Origin: Octopus vulgaris
Taxonomy: Eukaryota
Assembly (NCBI GenBank): GCA_951406725.2
Contig: OX597817.1
Span: 76,818,001-76,882,000 of the forward strand
Length of the DNA stretch: 64,000 bases
Direction of reading: 5' to 3'
The translations under genes and the position numbers were made by a program. Position 1 is the first letter of the stretch; each line of letters starts with the position of its first letter. The notes beneath the pieces were generated by a model, which was given only the letters and a program-made list of their open reading frames with translations, searched no databases and was not told where the DNA came from. This document shows positions 1-13,029 of this stretch, piece after piece.

Positions 1-439
1 TAGCCTCGCAAAGCCGGAATGCATCATCTTGCTCTAAAGCTGATACAAAACATTGAATCTTCAACAGCCTTAAAGTACTTGTTATTAAATCATTACCCGA
101 GGATGTTGTCAAGTTATCTCAGAGATGACAAAGAGTCAGGAAGAACAGGATAAGAGAGGTGGCATATAACAACTGATAAAAACGGTTTGTAATGGCGTAT
201 GAAACACCGTAAACTTGGACAAAGCTTTTGTTTTTATATGTATATATATACTTTTTTGACACTAAATGTAATCGAACAGATATTTTACAATCCAAGTTGA
301 CATAAAGATTATAAAAATTACATTCAAGCTAGCCCTCAGGGAAGTAAGACTTAGCTACACACATACACGCGCCCAGACACACACGTGCGCGCACTCACAC
401 ATGCACACACATACACATACTAAGACCTATTTTTTTTCA

Positions 440-780
440 TCTTCTTTCTTTCACTGGTTTAAGTTATTAGACTACAGCCATGCTGGAGCAAATGCCTTGA
501 GGAATTTTAGTCGAACAACTCGGCTATTTCACTTATTTTTTAATGTCTGGTACGTACGTAGTTTTTTTTCTGTCGGTTTTAACTTGCAGAACCGCCAGTT
601 AAGCGGACATAAATATACCACCACCGGTTGTCAAGAGGTGGTGAGGGACAAACACAGAGTCAAAGAGACACACGTATACACACACACACACATACACGAT
701 GGGCTTCTTTTAGTTTTCGTCTACCAAATCAGCTCATAGGACTTTGGTTGGTCCGAAGTTATAGCAGAAGACATTTGCCC
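440..780 (-). mobile_element. SINE family A (tRNA-derived, internal microsatellite), degenerate copy
   Basis: Reverse complement aligns with the full copy at 33521-33927 (gggcttctttcagtttccgtctaccaaat, gccatgctggagca, ccggttgtcaag). Confidence 0.85.
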
Positions 781-794
781 AGAGCGTGTGTGTA

Positions 795-1066
795 GTATTC
801 TTTAATTCTTTTATTTGTCTCAGTCATTTGACTGTGGCCATGCTGGAGCACCACCTTATTCTTTGTAAGCCTAGTACTTATTCTATCGGTTCGTTTTGGC
901 GCTATGTTACGGGAACATAACATACCAACATCGATTGTCAAGTGATAGCAGAGGGAAGGGAGAAATATAGACACAAACACACACAATATATATATATACT
1001 CATACAGATGTATATTCAAGGCGGTGCTGAAGCTTGGTCACAGTCAATTGACTAAAACAAGGAAAA

Positions 1067-1070
<4 letters not shown>
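795..1070. mobile_element. SINE family A fragments (3' half on -, 3' tip on +)
   Basis: cagtcatttgactgtggccatgctggagcacc...aagcctagtacttattctatcgg at 820-890 (-) and aaggcggtgctg...gactaaaacaag at ~1018-1065 (+). Confidence 0.75.
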
Positions 1071-1133
<63 letters not shown>

Positions 1134-1140
1134 CATGTGT

Positions 1141-1446
1141 GTGGAGGCGCTTTGGCGCAGTGGTTAGGGCAGCGGACTCGCGTTTGTAGGATCACGGTTT
1201 CGGTTCCCAGACCGGGCGTTGTAAGTGTTTATTGAGCGAAAACACCTAAAAGCTCCACGAGGCTCCGGCAGAGGGTGGTGGCGCTCCCAGCTGTACTCTT
1301 TCGCCACAACTTCCTCTCACTCTTTCTTCTGTTGGCCTGCTCGCTTAGCCAGCGGGGTGGCATCATTTGAAGGCTAAAGCAATGCAAAGCGCATTGTGAC
1401 CAGCGATGTGTAGCAACAGCTGATATCCTGGTCGGTCACGGTGATA
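1141..1446 (+). mobile_element. tRNA(Arg)-like SINE (second family)
   Basis: A-box TGGCGCAGTGG, anticodon-arm-like cggactcgcgtttg (TCG) and B-box-like GGTTTCGGTTCCC, followed by a ~230 bp non-tRNA body, flanked by TA repeats. Confidence 0.8.
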
Positions 1447-1852
1447 TATACATGTATATATATGGATATATATATATTCATATATACGTGTATGCATGTA
1501 TTTATGTATTTGTACATACAACACACACACACACATATGCACGCACACACACATACGAACTATAGAAAGCCAGGAAGTATGAGAAGTGAAATATATTTAT
1601 TTAGTCACTATGTGTCCTTACGATTACGACCGTTTCGCAGTGATCTTCATGTAGAAAATAATTATTATTACAAGAGGAATGTTGCGAAATGGCTGTAACC
1701 GTACGGATTTCAAGTGGTTAATTAACTGTATTCACATCTTATACCTCCGAGATCTTTATCGTTTATATATTCCTTTATGGTTTATATATTCCACAAATAT
1801 TCCACACACACGCGCGCGGGCGGGCTCATGCATAGATAAATAAATACACACA

Positions 1853-1908
<56 letters not shown>

Positions 1909-1914
1909 TATGTA

Positions 1915-2105
1915 ATACAAAATGGAGCAAGAACGTAAAACATCTAGACAGTTTGGTGATAAAAAAGGGATAACAAAAAAATCCAGATAGACGATAATAA
2001 GAAAACAAAGTCGGGTCATTCGGAGTCTTCTTTCCTCAGTCCAGTTCCAGATTATCTTCGCAATTTCGGCTGGTTATACTCGAGATTGGAGATTGCTCTA
2101 ATCTG

Positions 2106-2106
<1 letters not shown>
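1915..2106 (-). mobile_element. Fragment of the putative PLE-derived repeat seen at 54126-54800
   Basis: Reverse complement matches 54630-54790 (cgagtataaccagccgaaa..tgc.aagataatctggaact.gactga...gaatgacccg). Confidence 0.75.
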
Positions 2107-2203
<97 letters not shown>

Positions 2204-2314
2204 AGAGAGAGCGAGAGAGAGAGAGAGAGAGAGATAGATAGTTAGATAGATAGATAGATAGATAGATACATACATACATACATACATACATAGATAAATA
2301 AATGAATAAATAGC

Positions 2315-2385
<71 letters not shown>

Positions 2386-2737
2386 GTAGCTGACTAGATA
2401 TGCATACAAACATACCTGCGTATATATAACAGATAGACCAAAACGTTACAAAATATGCATCGCTCACTAAAACATATACATTCATGTACATATGTATGTA
2501 TATCATTATTCTGTTTTATTTCAAGATTTCTTGCCAACATTCCCTCATTGGAATTTCAACATCAGCAACAGGGCATTTTTGTATGTATGCTTGTATGTTT
2601 GTATATATGTATGTAAGTATGTCTGTATGTATGTATGTAAGTATGTATGTATGTATGTATGTATGTATGTATGTATGTATGTATGTATGTATTTATGTAT
2701 GCATGCATGCATGCATGCATGTATACGTTTATGTATG

Positions 2738-2800
<63 letters not shown>
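2102..2800. repeat. Compound microsatellites (CT, AT, AG, GATA, TATG)
   Basis: Directly visible tandem di- and tetranucleotide runs. Confidence 0.95.
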
Positions 2801-2802
<2 letters not shown>

Positions 2803-2807
2803 GTATA

Positions 2808-2998
2808 TAGGGAGAGTTTACGAAAAAACCAAAAGACGAAGACAGGTGGTGTACAAAACAAACAGATATATTAGTATAACGTTCAGGAATAGAAAAAGTC
2901 TTTTACGTTTCGAGCCTACGCTCTTCTACAGAAAGGGGCACAGAAAAAACAAGGAGAGAAAAAAATGTGTGTTGTGGCCCACGATCTATCATGGCGAC
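2808..2998 (-). mobile_element. Short PLE-terminal-like repeat with hammerhead-like motif
   Basis: Reverse complement matches 63135-63302. Contains GAAGAGCGTAGGCTCGAAACGT and sits next to a (TA)n tract. Confidence 0.7.
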
Positions 2999-3068
2999 AT
3001 ACATATATATAGTCATACATATATCTATGTTTCTATAGCTTTCTCTCACGCTCTCTCATTCTAACTAT

Positions 3069-3216
3069 ATATAAAATACAGTGTACATTTAAACACATTA
3101 AGAGGATTCCATCATAGGAATCCTTTACGCTAGAAAGAACAGCTAAAGTCCAAACCACTAAGGATTCCTATGATGGAAACCTCTTAATGTGTTTAAATGT
3201 ACACTGTATTTTATAT
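3069..3216. repeat. Long inverted repeat (57 bp arms, 34 nt spacer)
   Basis: 3069-3125 is the reverse complement of 3160-3216 with one mismatch. Confidence 0.95.
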
Positions 3217-4776
3217 GAATAATATAGTCTATTGACTAAATTTTTCTATACGCTAGGCCACTGGTAGTAAAAAATTCTAAAATCTTTATTACCCTGATAT
3301 TATTAATTGTTTCTATATATATATATATATACGAAACTGTGCCTCGCTGCTGGAGAGCTATTAGAAAATAGATTTTAATTCTAGGCGTTTAGTGGGTGTG
3401 TTATGAGTGTTTGCGTGTGCGCGTATGTGTCGGTGTGTGCTCCTACATGCAGATCTGAGTTTAAAAGAGATAAATTATAACACGTAACTTGATTGATACT
3501 TTATCGGCACTATGAGGTTGCTCTTGTTTGGATTTGAACTCAGAGCGTAGATAGCCAGAACAAATATCGCAATGCATTATATATAATCCGACGCTCTGAT
3601 GTTTTATAATGTCCGCGATGATAACGAACGATGACGGCAATCAGCACGAAGACGATGACAACGGCGATGACGACAACGACGATGACGACAACGACGACGA
3701 GACTGACGGCTGCAATGACGACTGCAATGACGATGAGAGTGATGGCGATAATAACTAAGTCGACGACAATGAAATGTCAATGGAATCACCGACAAATAAT
3801 AAATTTAATGGACACCTTTTTTTCTATTTAAATTCTTTTCCTACGTTTTTTCTTAATTTTTTTTTTTTTTCAGATAAAAGTAGTATTTCTTCAAATAATT
3901 CGAAAAATTTTCGAAATAAACTAAGAAAAAGACTTTAACAAAAGAAAATAAACAACATTTCATCGATCAAGCGAAATTTAATAAGAGTATAAAATATGGT
4001 AGACTTCTAGTTTCTTTAGATCTGCACACAATAAACTCTGACTGCTTTTCAAAAACAGCCATCGACTTTGCTGTCAAAGAAGAAACAGAAAATTTTGTTA
4101 TTTATCAGTGTTAAATCGTTAAGGTGGGCGATTGGTCGTCACAAAGGATTAGTATTAAAAGTAGCCCCTAGAAAACACATACACATATGAATATATATGA
4201 AATAATATACTTACATAGGTACATATAAAACAAAGACCACACGTCTGTAACATGCATATTTGACACATACAAGGAGATACATACCTACATACATTCACAG
4301 AGAGGCTTAGAGACAACAGAGAAATTGAATATAATAAATATTAAAATAATATCCTATAATCTAAATAACTAAAATAAAGAAGAATTGGTTATAATACAGT
4401 TAGAATTCAATTAAGGGTGCAATAAATTTTCTACCCGACAACTGTCGTTTTTAACCCCCTTCCCGCCACCAACTCGACCGCCGCCGCTTGCGCCAGTTCC
4501 ACAACCAGCACCACCACTACTACGTCCAACGCCGACGCCGACGCCGTTACTGTCACGGCTACCAAAATTCAATTCCTTGTTTCCAGTAGATAATAGGAAA
4601 ACTAACGGGGATTCTCGGCTGATCTATTTCTCTTCCATTACGATCAAAAACATCCAGCTCGATTTATTTAAGATCATTTAATATACGTGTGTATGTGTAT
4701 ATATATTCATATATATGTGTGTGTGTGTGTGTGTATATATACATACATTTATACAAAAACATGTATAACTTACATG

Positions 4777-4819
<43 letters not shown>

Positions 4820-4843
4820 TGTATATATATGTATGTATATATA

Positions 4844-4925
<82 letters not shown>

Positions 4926-5099
4926 ACATGTATATTTGTGTGTGTAATATATACATGCGCACATATATGAGCCTGTGTGTAATATGCACAATATGCATCT
5001 AATCAATGCATGTATATATGTATGTAATATATATTTATATACATATGCACATATAAACTTACATGTTTGATTTGGTACACACACACACACACACAAACA

Positions 5100-5138
<39 letters not shown>

Positions 5139-5283
5139 TAAATCAAATAAATATATGAGTATGTGTATGTTTATATATGCGTATGTCTATAAAATATATG
5201 ATATTTTATATATACGCACACACGCACACACACACACACACACACACACGTACACACACACAAATATATGTATATAAAGTGAA

Positions 5284-5480
5284 TTACAGACATTTAACGA
5301 TAATTTTCGGTACAAAGATGACTTATTGACCTTTATTGATGGGCGAAAGAAAGTTTTATTCAAAGAATTCCACTCACCCGAACTTCAGATAAAACCAGGA
5401 AATTTAAATGACAAAGAGGTTACGTTTCCAAACTTCGACTTTATTTATTGCCAATCTCAAAGTCATTTCTGAATCATACA
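5284..5480 (+). pseudogene. Penelope-like reverse transcriptase fragment
   Basis: Translates LQTFNDNFRYKDDLLTFIDG...FHSPELQIK..NLNDKEVTFPNFD, resembling the PLE RT FRYIDDLL...YPxEL...FLDL region. Confidence 0.6.
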
Positions 5481-6038
5481 CACCAAAATGAATATAAGTC
5501 ACTCGTAACTTTGTTTCCTCTATGAATACGACAATTTATTATATAAAGTATTTCTATTATTCACTATTTTCTGGTAACGGTATATTTTCGTATTTTTCTT
5601 TTGCTTCCTATTTTCTTTCCGTGTTTTGTATTTCGTTTTTCTTATCTGCTGCTCCTGAGAATAAAGGCATTTGTCTATAACCTGTATTAAAACAGGGTCC
5701 TTAAGTAAAGCACAAATATATTACATGAGGGCTAAGTGTTCGGGATACGGCATGTACGGTAGTGTGTGTATGTGTGTAAATGTCCACAATATACATAATT
5801 TCGAGCCATAAAGTTGAAGCCTTCCAGTCGGCATCGTATTATATTCCTCCACTAAACGGTGATAACATATTAACTACTTGGGTTGACTTGTCCTACAATT
5901 ATTCTCCGGAAAAAGTATGAGCATAAGAATATTTTCTAAACTCTTTCATTTAAAATGTAGACAAAAACAAATAGTATATACATTTAGTTACATACACAGG
6001 CACATACACACACGCATATATATGTGTGTATACATAGA

Positions 6039-6084
<46 letters not shown>

Positions 6085-6109
6085 CACACACATATATATA
6101 TATATACAT

Positions 6110-6162
<53 letters not shown>

Positions 6163-6604
6163 CATACATACATATTCATACATACATATACATATAATAT
6201 ATATATATGTGTGTGAGTGTGTGTGTATGTATGTAATTATGAAAGTAGGAAAAAATCTATTCTATGTCCTCTCGAAGCACATCTACTTATTCCAGTATTA
6301 CAATCTAGTATGTAGTTGTTGTCGCCCTGTTGTTGATGTGATGTAAATATAAAACTTTAAAATTCTGAAAATATTGCTTCAGGAATAATTACATAAAAAA
6401 ATCATTAAGTAGCAAATTTTTTTTGGCATTAAACATGTTTCATTTGCTAATAGGAATCACAAAGTTGTACATGTTGGATAAAACATGTAAGAAATTTCAT
6501 ATTAGAAATTCTTCAGGTTCAGAAACAGATTATAGTATCAACTGATACTCTGAATAATACCAAAATATTTTCCAGCTTCCTGCTTTTGTTATATATATAT
6601 ACGA

Positions 6605-6738
6605 AGCCTGCTTCTCAACCACAAGGTTCAGGTTTCAGACCCACTGCATGGCATCTTCGGCGAGTGTCTTCTACTATAGCTTTGGGCCGACAAAAGCCTT
6701 GTGAGTGATTTGTTAGACGGAAACTGAAAGAAGCCCAT

Positions 6739-6785
<47 letters not shown>

Positions 6786-7240
6786 GTATATGTATGTATG
6801 TATAAAACAGATTATAGCAGCCACTCCAGCTAAGAATATCTGAAGAAGGAATATTATTCCGAAATATCATATCAGACTATGGATGACTAGCTTACAACAG
6901 GTATATAGCCCATTGTCTGTATTATTGTGCATTGTTTGTACCATTCAAACTTATTATTCTTTACAAACAATACACAATGCTTCAAGCGAACTACAATATT
7001 CTGCTATATATTTGTGTGTTTATGTCTGTGTTTGTCCCCCACCATCGCTTGACAGCACATGCTGAGGTGTTTACATCTCCGTGACTTAGCGGTCCGGCAA
7101 AAGTGAGCGACAGAATAGAATAAGTAGCAAACGTACAAAGAATAAGTCCAGGGATCGATTTCTTCGACTTAAAAAGGCGGCGCTCCAGCAAGGCCTAAGT
7201 CAAAATTGTCCGAAACAAATAAAAAAGATAAAAGAATAAA
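6605..7240 (+). mobile_element. SINE family A split by an insertion in its internal microsatellite
   Basis: 5' half 6605-6740 and 3' half ~7010-7240 match 33521-33927. Unrelated sequence 6800-7000 with a hammerhead-like core lies between them. Confidence 0.8.
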
Positions 7241-7482
7241 AACTACACACATAAGCACATTTCGACATCCTCGTTCATACATACTTACATACAAATATTC
7301 TTTCTTACATACATACGTACGAATCTGGCCACCCGAATTTTGGCCTGCACATCGCAATGACGTGAAACTCGAGCTGAGTTTCAATAAAAATACATAGTCT
7401 CAAGAAAATATATTAGGCACAGTTCTCTACTGCGTGGGACATAAAGTAAAATACGTATTTATCTATCAATATATCTATGTAG

Positions 7483-7513
<31 letters not shown>

Positions 7514-7534
7514 TTAATATTGTCCAAAAAATAT

Positions 7535-7715
7535 TGGAGAAATTGTTAAACTACAAAGACTTCGAATTTGAAGCATTCAAAATGTTGGGCATGAAGGTAA
7601 AAACAATACCAATAATAATTGGAACACTTTGGCATGATAAAAAACGTGTGAACAAAAACGTAGCTCTGCTAGGAACAGCCCACATCCTACGCAATATACT
7701 ATCAATTCAGTAATA
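7535..7715 (+). pseudogene. R4/Dong-like LINE, degenerate 3' end of ORF
   Basis: EKLLNYKDFEFE..KM..MKVKTIPIIIG...VALLGTAHILRNILSIQ*, homologous to 28390-28617. Confidence 0.8.
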
Positions 7716-7949
7716 CAACTTAAACAAAATAACCCACAAACACAAAACGCACTCGACAGCAATTACCCAATGAAATAAACTTCCACCAGCAATCTTAACA
7801 ACCAGTGCATTACACACTCAACAGACAATACAAGCAGTAATACAGTAAAAGACTGCACCACACCCCAAGACAAAAACAATCTGAGGCAAAACAATACTGG
7901 GAATAGTTTGTGTCCCTCCAACATCAGAAAAGATCACACAAAGCCGAAA

Positions 7950-8095
7950 ATTTTGTGGGAGTGAGACAGACGATTACATTGACGCCGAAAGAATGAAACG
8001 CAAAATCGTCCTCGGCATAATTTTAATTCAGAACATAAAGGCGAACGAAATGCTGCGACGCATTTTGTCTGGCGTGCTAACGAATTGGCCACGTC

Positions 8096-8097
<2 letters not shown>
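7950..8097 (-). mobile_element. SINE family B, degenerate
   Basis: Reverse complement resembles 59756-59945 (cgttagcacgcc...ttctga.ttaaaatt..gccgagg). Confidence 0.65.
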
Positions 8098-8155
<58 letters not shown>

Positions 8156-8244
8156 GTAACAATAACAACAACAATGATGATGATGATGATGTTGATGATG
8201 ATGATGATGATGATGATGAAGACAATGATGACGATGATGATTAT

Positions 8245-8647
8245 AATGTCCTAAAGCTGTGCAAGGCAGTGAGTTGTCATGGCTTCTGGTCTTAACTGAT
8301 TGGAAGCGTTATCATGTACATGGTTTGTCTTGGTGCAAACGATGGAGGCTATAGCAAATATTCTGATCAATACTACAGGTTTGCTTGTCAGTTGCTCAAC
8401 CGTAACCAGTTGAGCATGTCCATTTGTGGTTGCCGATATGCTTTTGTCTGCTCACGAAAGGAGTAGTGGTGAGAGGCATCATAGCTATGTGGTGAGAGAA
8501 ATTATTTTGAGATTTGAATAAATCACACCCTAGAAACACGAGTGTTTCGTTCATCATCCTTTAACAAACCTTATTCAGGACCTTTTGAGTGGAATGGTCT
8601 ACTCGACCTGATGTGTCGCTTTCATGGAATGTACTGCTCTCTCGCGC
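8245..8647 (+). mobile_element. AAT-associated ~550 bp non-coding element, internally deleted copy
   Basis: Aligns to 52669-53220 from the 5' end to ctactcgacctga, then jumps to the 3' terminal gtgtcgcttt...actgctctctc. Flanked by GAT/AAT/AAC repeats. Confidence 0.85.
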
Positions 8648-8711
8648 AACAACAACAACAACAACAACACCAACAACAACAATAATGATTATAATAATAA
8701 AATAAATAAAG

Positions 8712-8963
8712 TAAATGCGCTCTTTTAAAGCCTAGCCAGGCTCATGGGCCCGGTTTCCCGGTTTCAGTGGCGCATGTGTTCCCCAGCTGGATGGGACGCC
8801 GGTCCGTCGCAGCGTTACTCATTTTTGGCGACTGAGTTGACAGGAGGAACATGAAATGAAGTGATTTGCTCAAGAACACAACATGTCGCCCGGTTCAGGA
8901 ATCGAAACGACAATCTTACGATCATGATGCTGACACCCTTAACACTAAGCCACACGCCTCCAC
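8712..8963 (-). mobile_element. tRNA-derived SINE (third family) with conserved-domain-like body
   Basis: Minus strand has A-box tggcttagtg, B-box gtttcgattcc, then tgtgttcttgagcaa and tgcgacggaccggcgtcccatccag...gaaaccggg, ending in an ATTT tail. Confidence 0.8.
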
Positions 8964-9006
<43 letters not shown>

Positions 9007-9007
9007 T

Positions 9008-9343
9008 GGAAATACCAAGCCCTGGAAATAGAGGTAAAATACAAAGACATGGAAACGGAGATAACTCGAATGTGGAGTCTAAAAAAGGAAACAATTCCTA
9101 TCATAGAAAGCGCATTAGGTGTGATAAAAAATATTCAGGCAAATACATAACAAAAGCACCAGGGCTAACAAGTATATATAACATACAGAAAGTAGTACTA
9201 CTAGGCACAGGACACACATCCTACGTGGAACACTTTCAGTACATTAAAAATAACAGCATCACAGCAAACCACAGCATATACCCAAGGCACACAGAGCTGC
9301 GTTCGGTAGAACAGTGAAAGCATATGATAGAAATAAGACTACG
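9008..9343 (+). mobile_element. 5'-truncated R4/Dong-like LINE 3' end inserted in (AAT)n
   Basis: KYKDMETEITRMWSLKKETIPII..ALG..., with a 3'UTR closely matching 28620-28714. AAT repeats on both sides. Confidence 0.9.
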
Positions 9344-9431
<88 letters not shown>

Positions 9432-9458
9432 GTAATAATAATAATCTATATGTGTGTA

Positions 9459-9508
<50 letters not shown>

Positions 9509-11099
9509 AACACTTGTTACTCAAGCCAGAGCACGCAGTTTTAGAAGTCAATGCCATGTGCAGACTAAAGTAAAATACATAGATCTATGTACACATGGGT
9601 GTGTTTATGTGTGTTTATGTGTGTGCGTGATTATATACGTGTATATGTGTGTGCATCTGTAAGAAAGTTTAAGGAGAGGTAAATTCCTTTTAAAATAATA
9701 AAAAAAAACCTTATTTTCGAAATCTAATGTGTTTCACCAACGTATTAAATGGTGAATGGGTGGCGATGAACTCTCCTGCGATGTATTGATGGCGGTGAAC
9801 TAATCTGTAATACTGAAATAGCGACAGCACCACTTTGAAATGGCTCTTTCCATTTCGAAATATATAGCACAAAATTTTGATCATAGATTAGTTAGCTGAG
9901 TTCTGTCTTAATGCTAGGAGTTAAATAAATAGCTGTGACCCATGATCGAGAAGGGCTTGAGAAAATGTACGTGCTTTTGTTAATTGTTTTAGGAGTCTTT
10001 GTAGTCGCGAACATAGATACCATTTAGACTCTTCCAGTTCTGGATTCTGCGGCACATCTAGGAAAATGATTGGAAGCTGCACTAGTATACGGCTGGTACT
10101 AAATTTCACTTGAATTGACTGGAGCAATGTAAAAGGAAGCAACTCGTCCAAGGACGCAACGCATAGCCCGGTCCAGGTACTGAACCATCTAACTCCTAGG
10201 ACAAGCGCCTTCACTATTAAGAGATATTCCGCGGGTATAATGATAAAAAATCACCAGAATATTCCTTCAGTCTCTTAGAAGCTCCATCATCGCCTTGCTA
10301 CACGCAACCTGGTACCTTCAAATGTTCTAATGCACACATTAGTGTTGTTACGAAAGAGAATTGTAAAAATGATCTGAGGAATTACAGATGTATACATTTG
10401 TTTGGGATAGATTGTGCCTGTAGTGAAAGGTAATATATACATTCTCCTGTAATAATATTGGTCACTCAATGAGGGGTAGTGTAATAAACTAACACTGGTA
10501 TCTCTTAACTTTTCAATGTAATGCACCTGAGATTTTAGTGATATACAAGGTCACTACATATTTCTATGTTGTAATATTTTCAGACCTGTAGTTTTGATTC
10601 ACTCCTTGCTACTCTTTACTGTCCCTATACTGTAACAACAGCTGTAGTAGTGTTAGTAGAAGTAGTTGTTGTAACGTTGCGGTTATTGTTGATTCTATTG
10701 TTTGTATTACCTTCTTGTTGTTGATGCAATCGTTTTTACTGCTATTGATGTTTTTAATGTTATTTCTGATGAGGAGTTTTTAATCTTTTTGTTCTTGATG
10801 TGTTTGAGTGCCATGTTCTTTTTGTTGTTGTGGAGGGGGACGTGTTTTATTGTTATTATTTTGCTGTTGTGGTTGAGATTTTATTATTACAGTAATTTTT
10901 TATTTTTATTACGTATTTACTTAACTTTTTATTTGATTATTTTGAATTTGAAATTAAAAATCAAATCAAATCAAACACGTTAAAAGTATAAATAAACACA
11001 TAATAAAATTAAACTTGTTAATTGACAGCGCTCAACAAAATTGCATGCATAAGACAAGAAGGAATAAACAACAGCAACAATAACAAATACAACAAAACG

Positions 11100-12140
11100 C
11101 AGCAATAAGTAAATAAGTAAATAAAAAAACAACTAATGAATACTAGATTAAGATTAAAAATATATAAATAAATAAATAATTTGGAATGTCTGAACAACGA
11201 TTAAACGATTCAGAAAAGAGGATGAAAATAAAAACAGGAGTAGAGTGAATAAAAATGAAATGAAATAAATACACAGACAGAAGGAAAGAAAGACAATGAG
11301 AAAGAAAGAATGAAAAAGAATGAATGAAAGAGAGAAAGACTGCAAAAAAGAATGAAAAATAGAGGAAGATAGTAAAAAGGAAGATAGACAATTGAAAAGA
11401 GAGAATGAGGGAAAGAGAAAGAAACACATTCAGAACGAAATAATGAAAGAAAGATGGGGAAAGGGAAGAATGAAAGAAAGCGAGAAGAAATAAAGAAAAA
11501 GAGAGGAAGGAAGTAAAAGTGAGAAAGACAGAGAGGAATGAAGAAAAGAAAGAAAAGAATAAAAAAAGAAATGAGAAAGACAGAAAAAAATTTCTAATAA
11601 AATAAAGAGAAAATAAATTGATGAATAAAAGGAAAAAGATGGAAAGAAACTAAGGAATGAATGATTGAATGAATGAAAGAAGGAAAGAAATCAAAAATAG
11701 GGAAAAATGGAAAGGCGCTAGGGAAATACAAAAGTATGGAATATGCTAAAGAACAAAGGAAGAAAATGAAAAAGGAAAGGAGAAAAAAGGAAAAGGAAGG
11801 TCGAAAAGAAAGAAACCATCAGAAAAGAACGAAGACAAAGAAATAATGAAAACAAATGAATGATCAATTAAAAGGGAAGGAAGGAATCAAAATACAAGGA
11901 AGGAGGGAGGAAGGAAAGAAGGAGAGAAGGACGGAAGGAAGACAAAAACAGACAAAAAAGAGAAAGAGAGAGAGAGACTGAAAGAGCGCGAAATGAGAGA
12001 GAGAGAGTGACTGAAAGGGGAGGCAGAAAGCAAGAAGACAAAAAGAAAAGGACGATGGAGTAAGAATATAAAAAAAATTAAATTGGGAGAAGAGAGAGAG
12101 AGAGAGAGAAAGAAAGAGAGAGAAAAGAAAAGAGAAGACA
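11100..12140. repeat. GA-rich low-complexity tract
   Basis: Purine-rich degenerate GAAA/AGAG sequence. Confidence 0.9.
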
Positions 12141-13029
12141 AACCCTATTCTAGTCTAGTAAAAAAGTACAAGAGAATGACAAATGAACTATATACATTTG
12201 TGAATGTGTGTATAAATATATGTGTATGTATGTATATATATATATATATAAATACATATATGTATGTATGTATGTATACACAAACACACACACACACATA
12301 TATATATCTATATGCATACATACATACATACATACATACATACATACATACATACATACATACATACATACATACATACATGCATACATACATGCATACA
12401 TACATGAATAAGCATATAAACGTCGAAGACAAAGAAAACAATACCGAAACGTCAAAAAAGAACAAAATACTCAGAAACTAGTAAAATAGAAAGCAGAAGA
12501 TACAAGAGAAGACAAAATATAATATAACACACAAAAAAAATGCATCACTGATAACTTGTTTCGTTCTTTTTTCTTTCTTTCCATCTTTCTTTTCTTCTCT
12601 ATAACACAGAATCAAAATTTCTTTCAATTTTTCTATTTCTTTTATTGCTTTGGAAATGACAGTAGATAGGGCTCCCTCTCATACTCATTCTGGTTTTCAT
12701 TCACTCTTTCGTTAACTATGTCTTTCATTCTATTAGTTTCATATGTCTATTTTCACTGAATTAATACATAGCTCTGCTCTGGAAATAAATGGTTTCATGA
12801 ATGACTTGCTTTCCTCCAATAAAATATGTGACCTGGTTCCTATCTTAGAAATCGGTTGTTTAAAGGGGCCGTTTATTTCCAGATCAACTTTGATCGAGTA
12901 ACACCTTCACAGTTACGACCATCTTGCCTTTTCCCTAGGAACACCGCATTTTTCAATGTAGACTCTTTATTGTTTAGCCCAATATCTTTGTTGCTTATTA
13001 AAAAAATAGATATTAGCGCCAGAGCCAGT

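Noticed and set aside
1141-1220. Possible tRNA-Arg gene (also tRNA-like heads at 8890-8963, 33521 and 63431)
   Set aside because: No complete cloverleaf or acceptor stem. Each continues into a SINE body.
3845-3900. Splice-acceptor-like polypyrimidine/CAG sites (also ~18538 and ~32907)
   Set aside because: No convincing open exon or donor site follows, and such tracts are common in this composition. Small exons cannot be excluded without RNA data.
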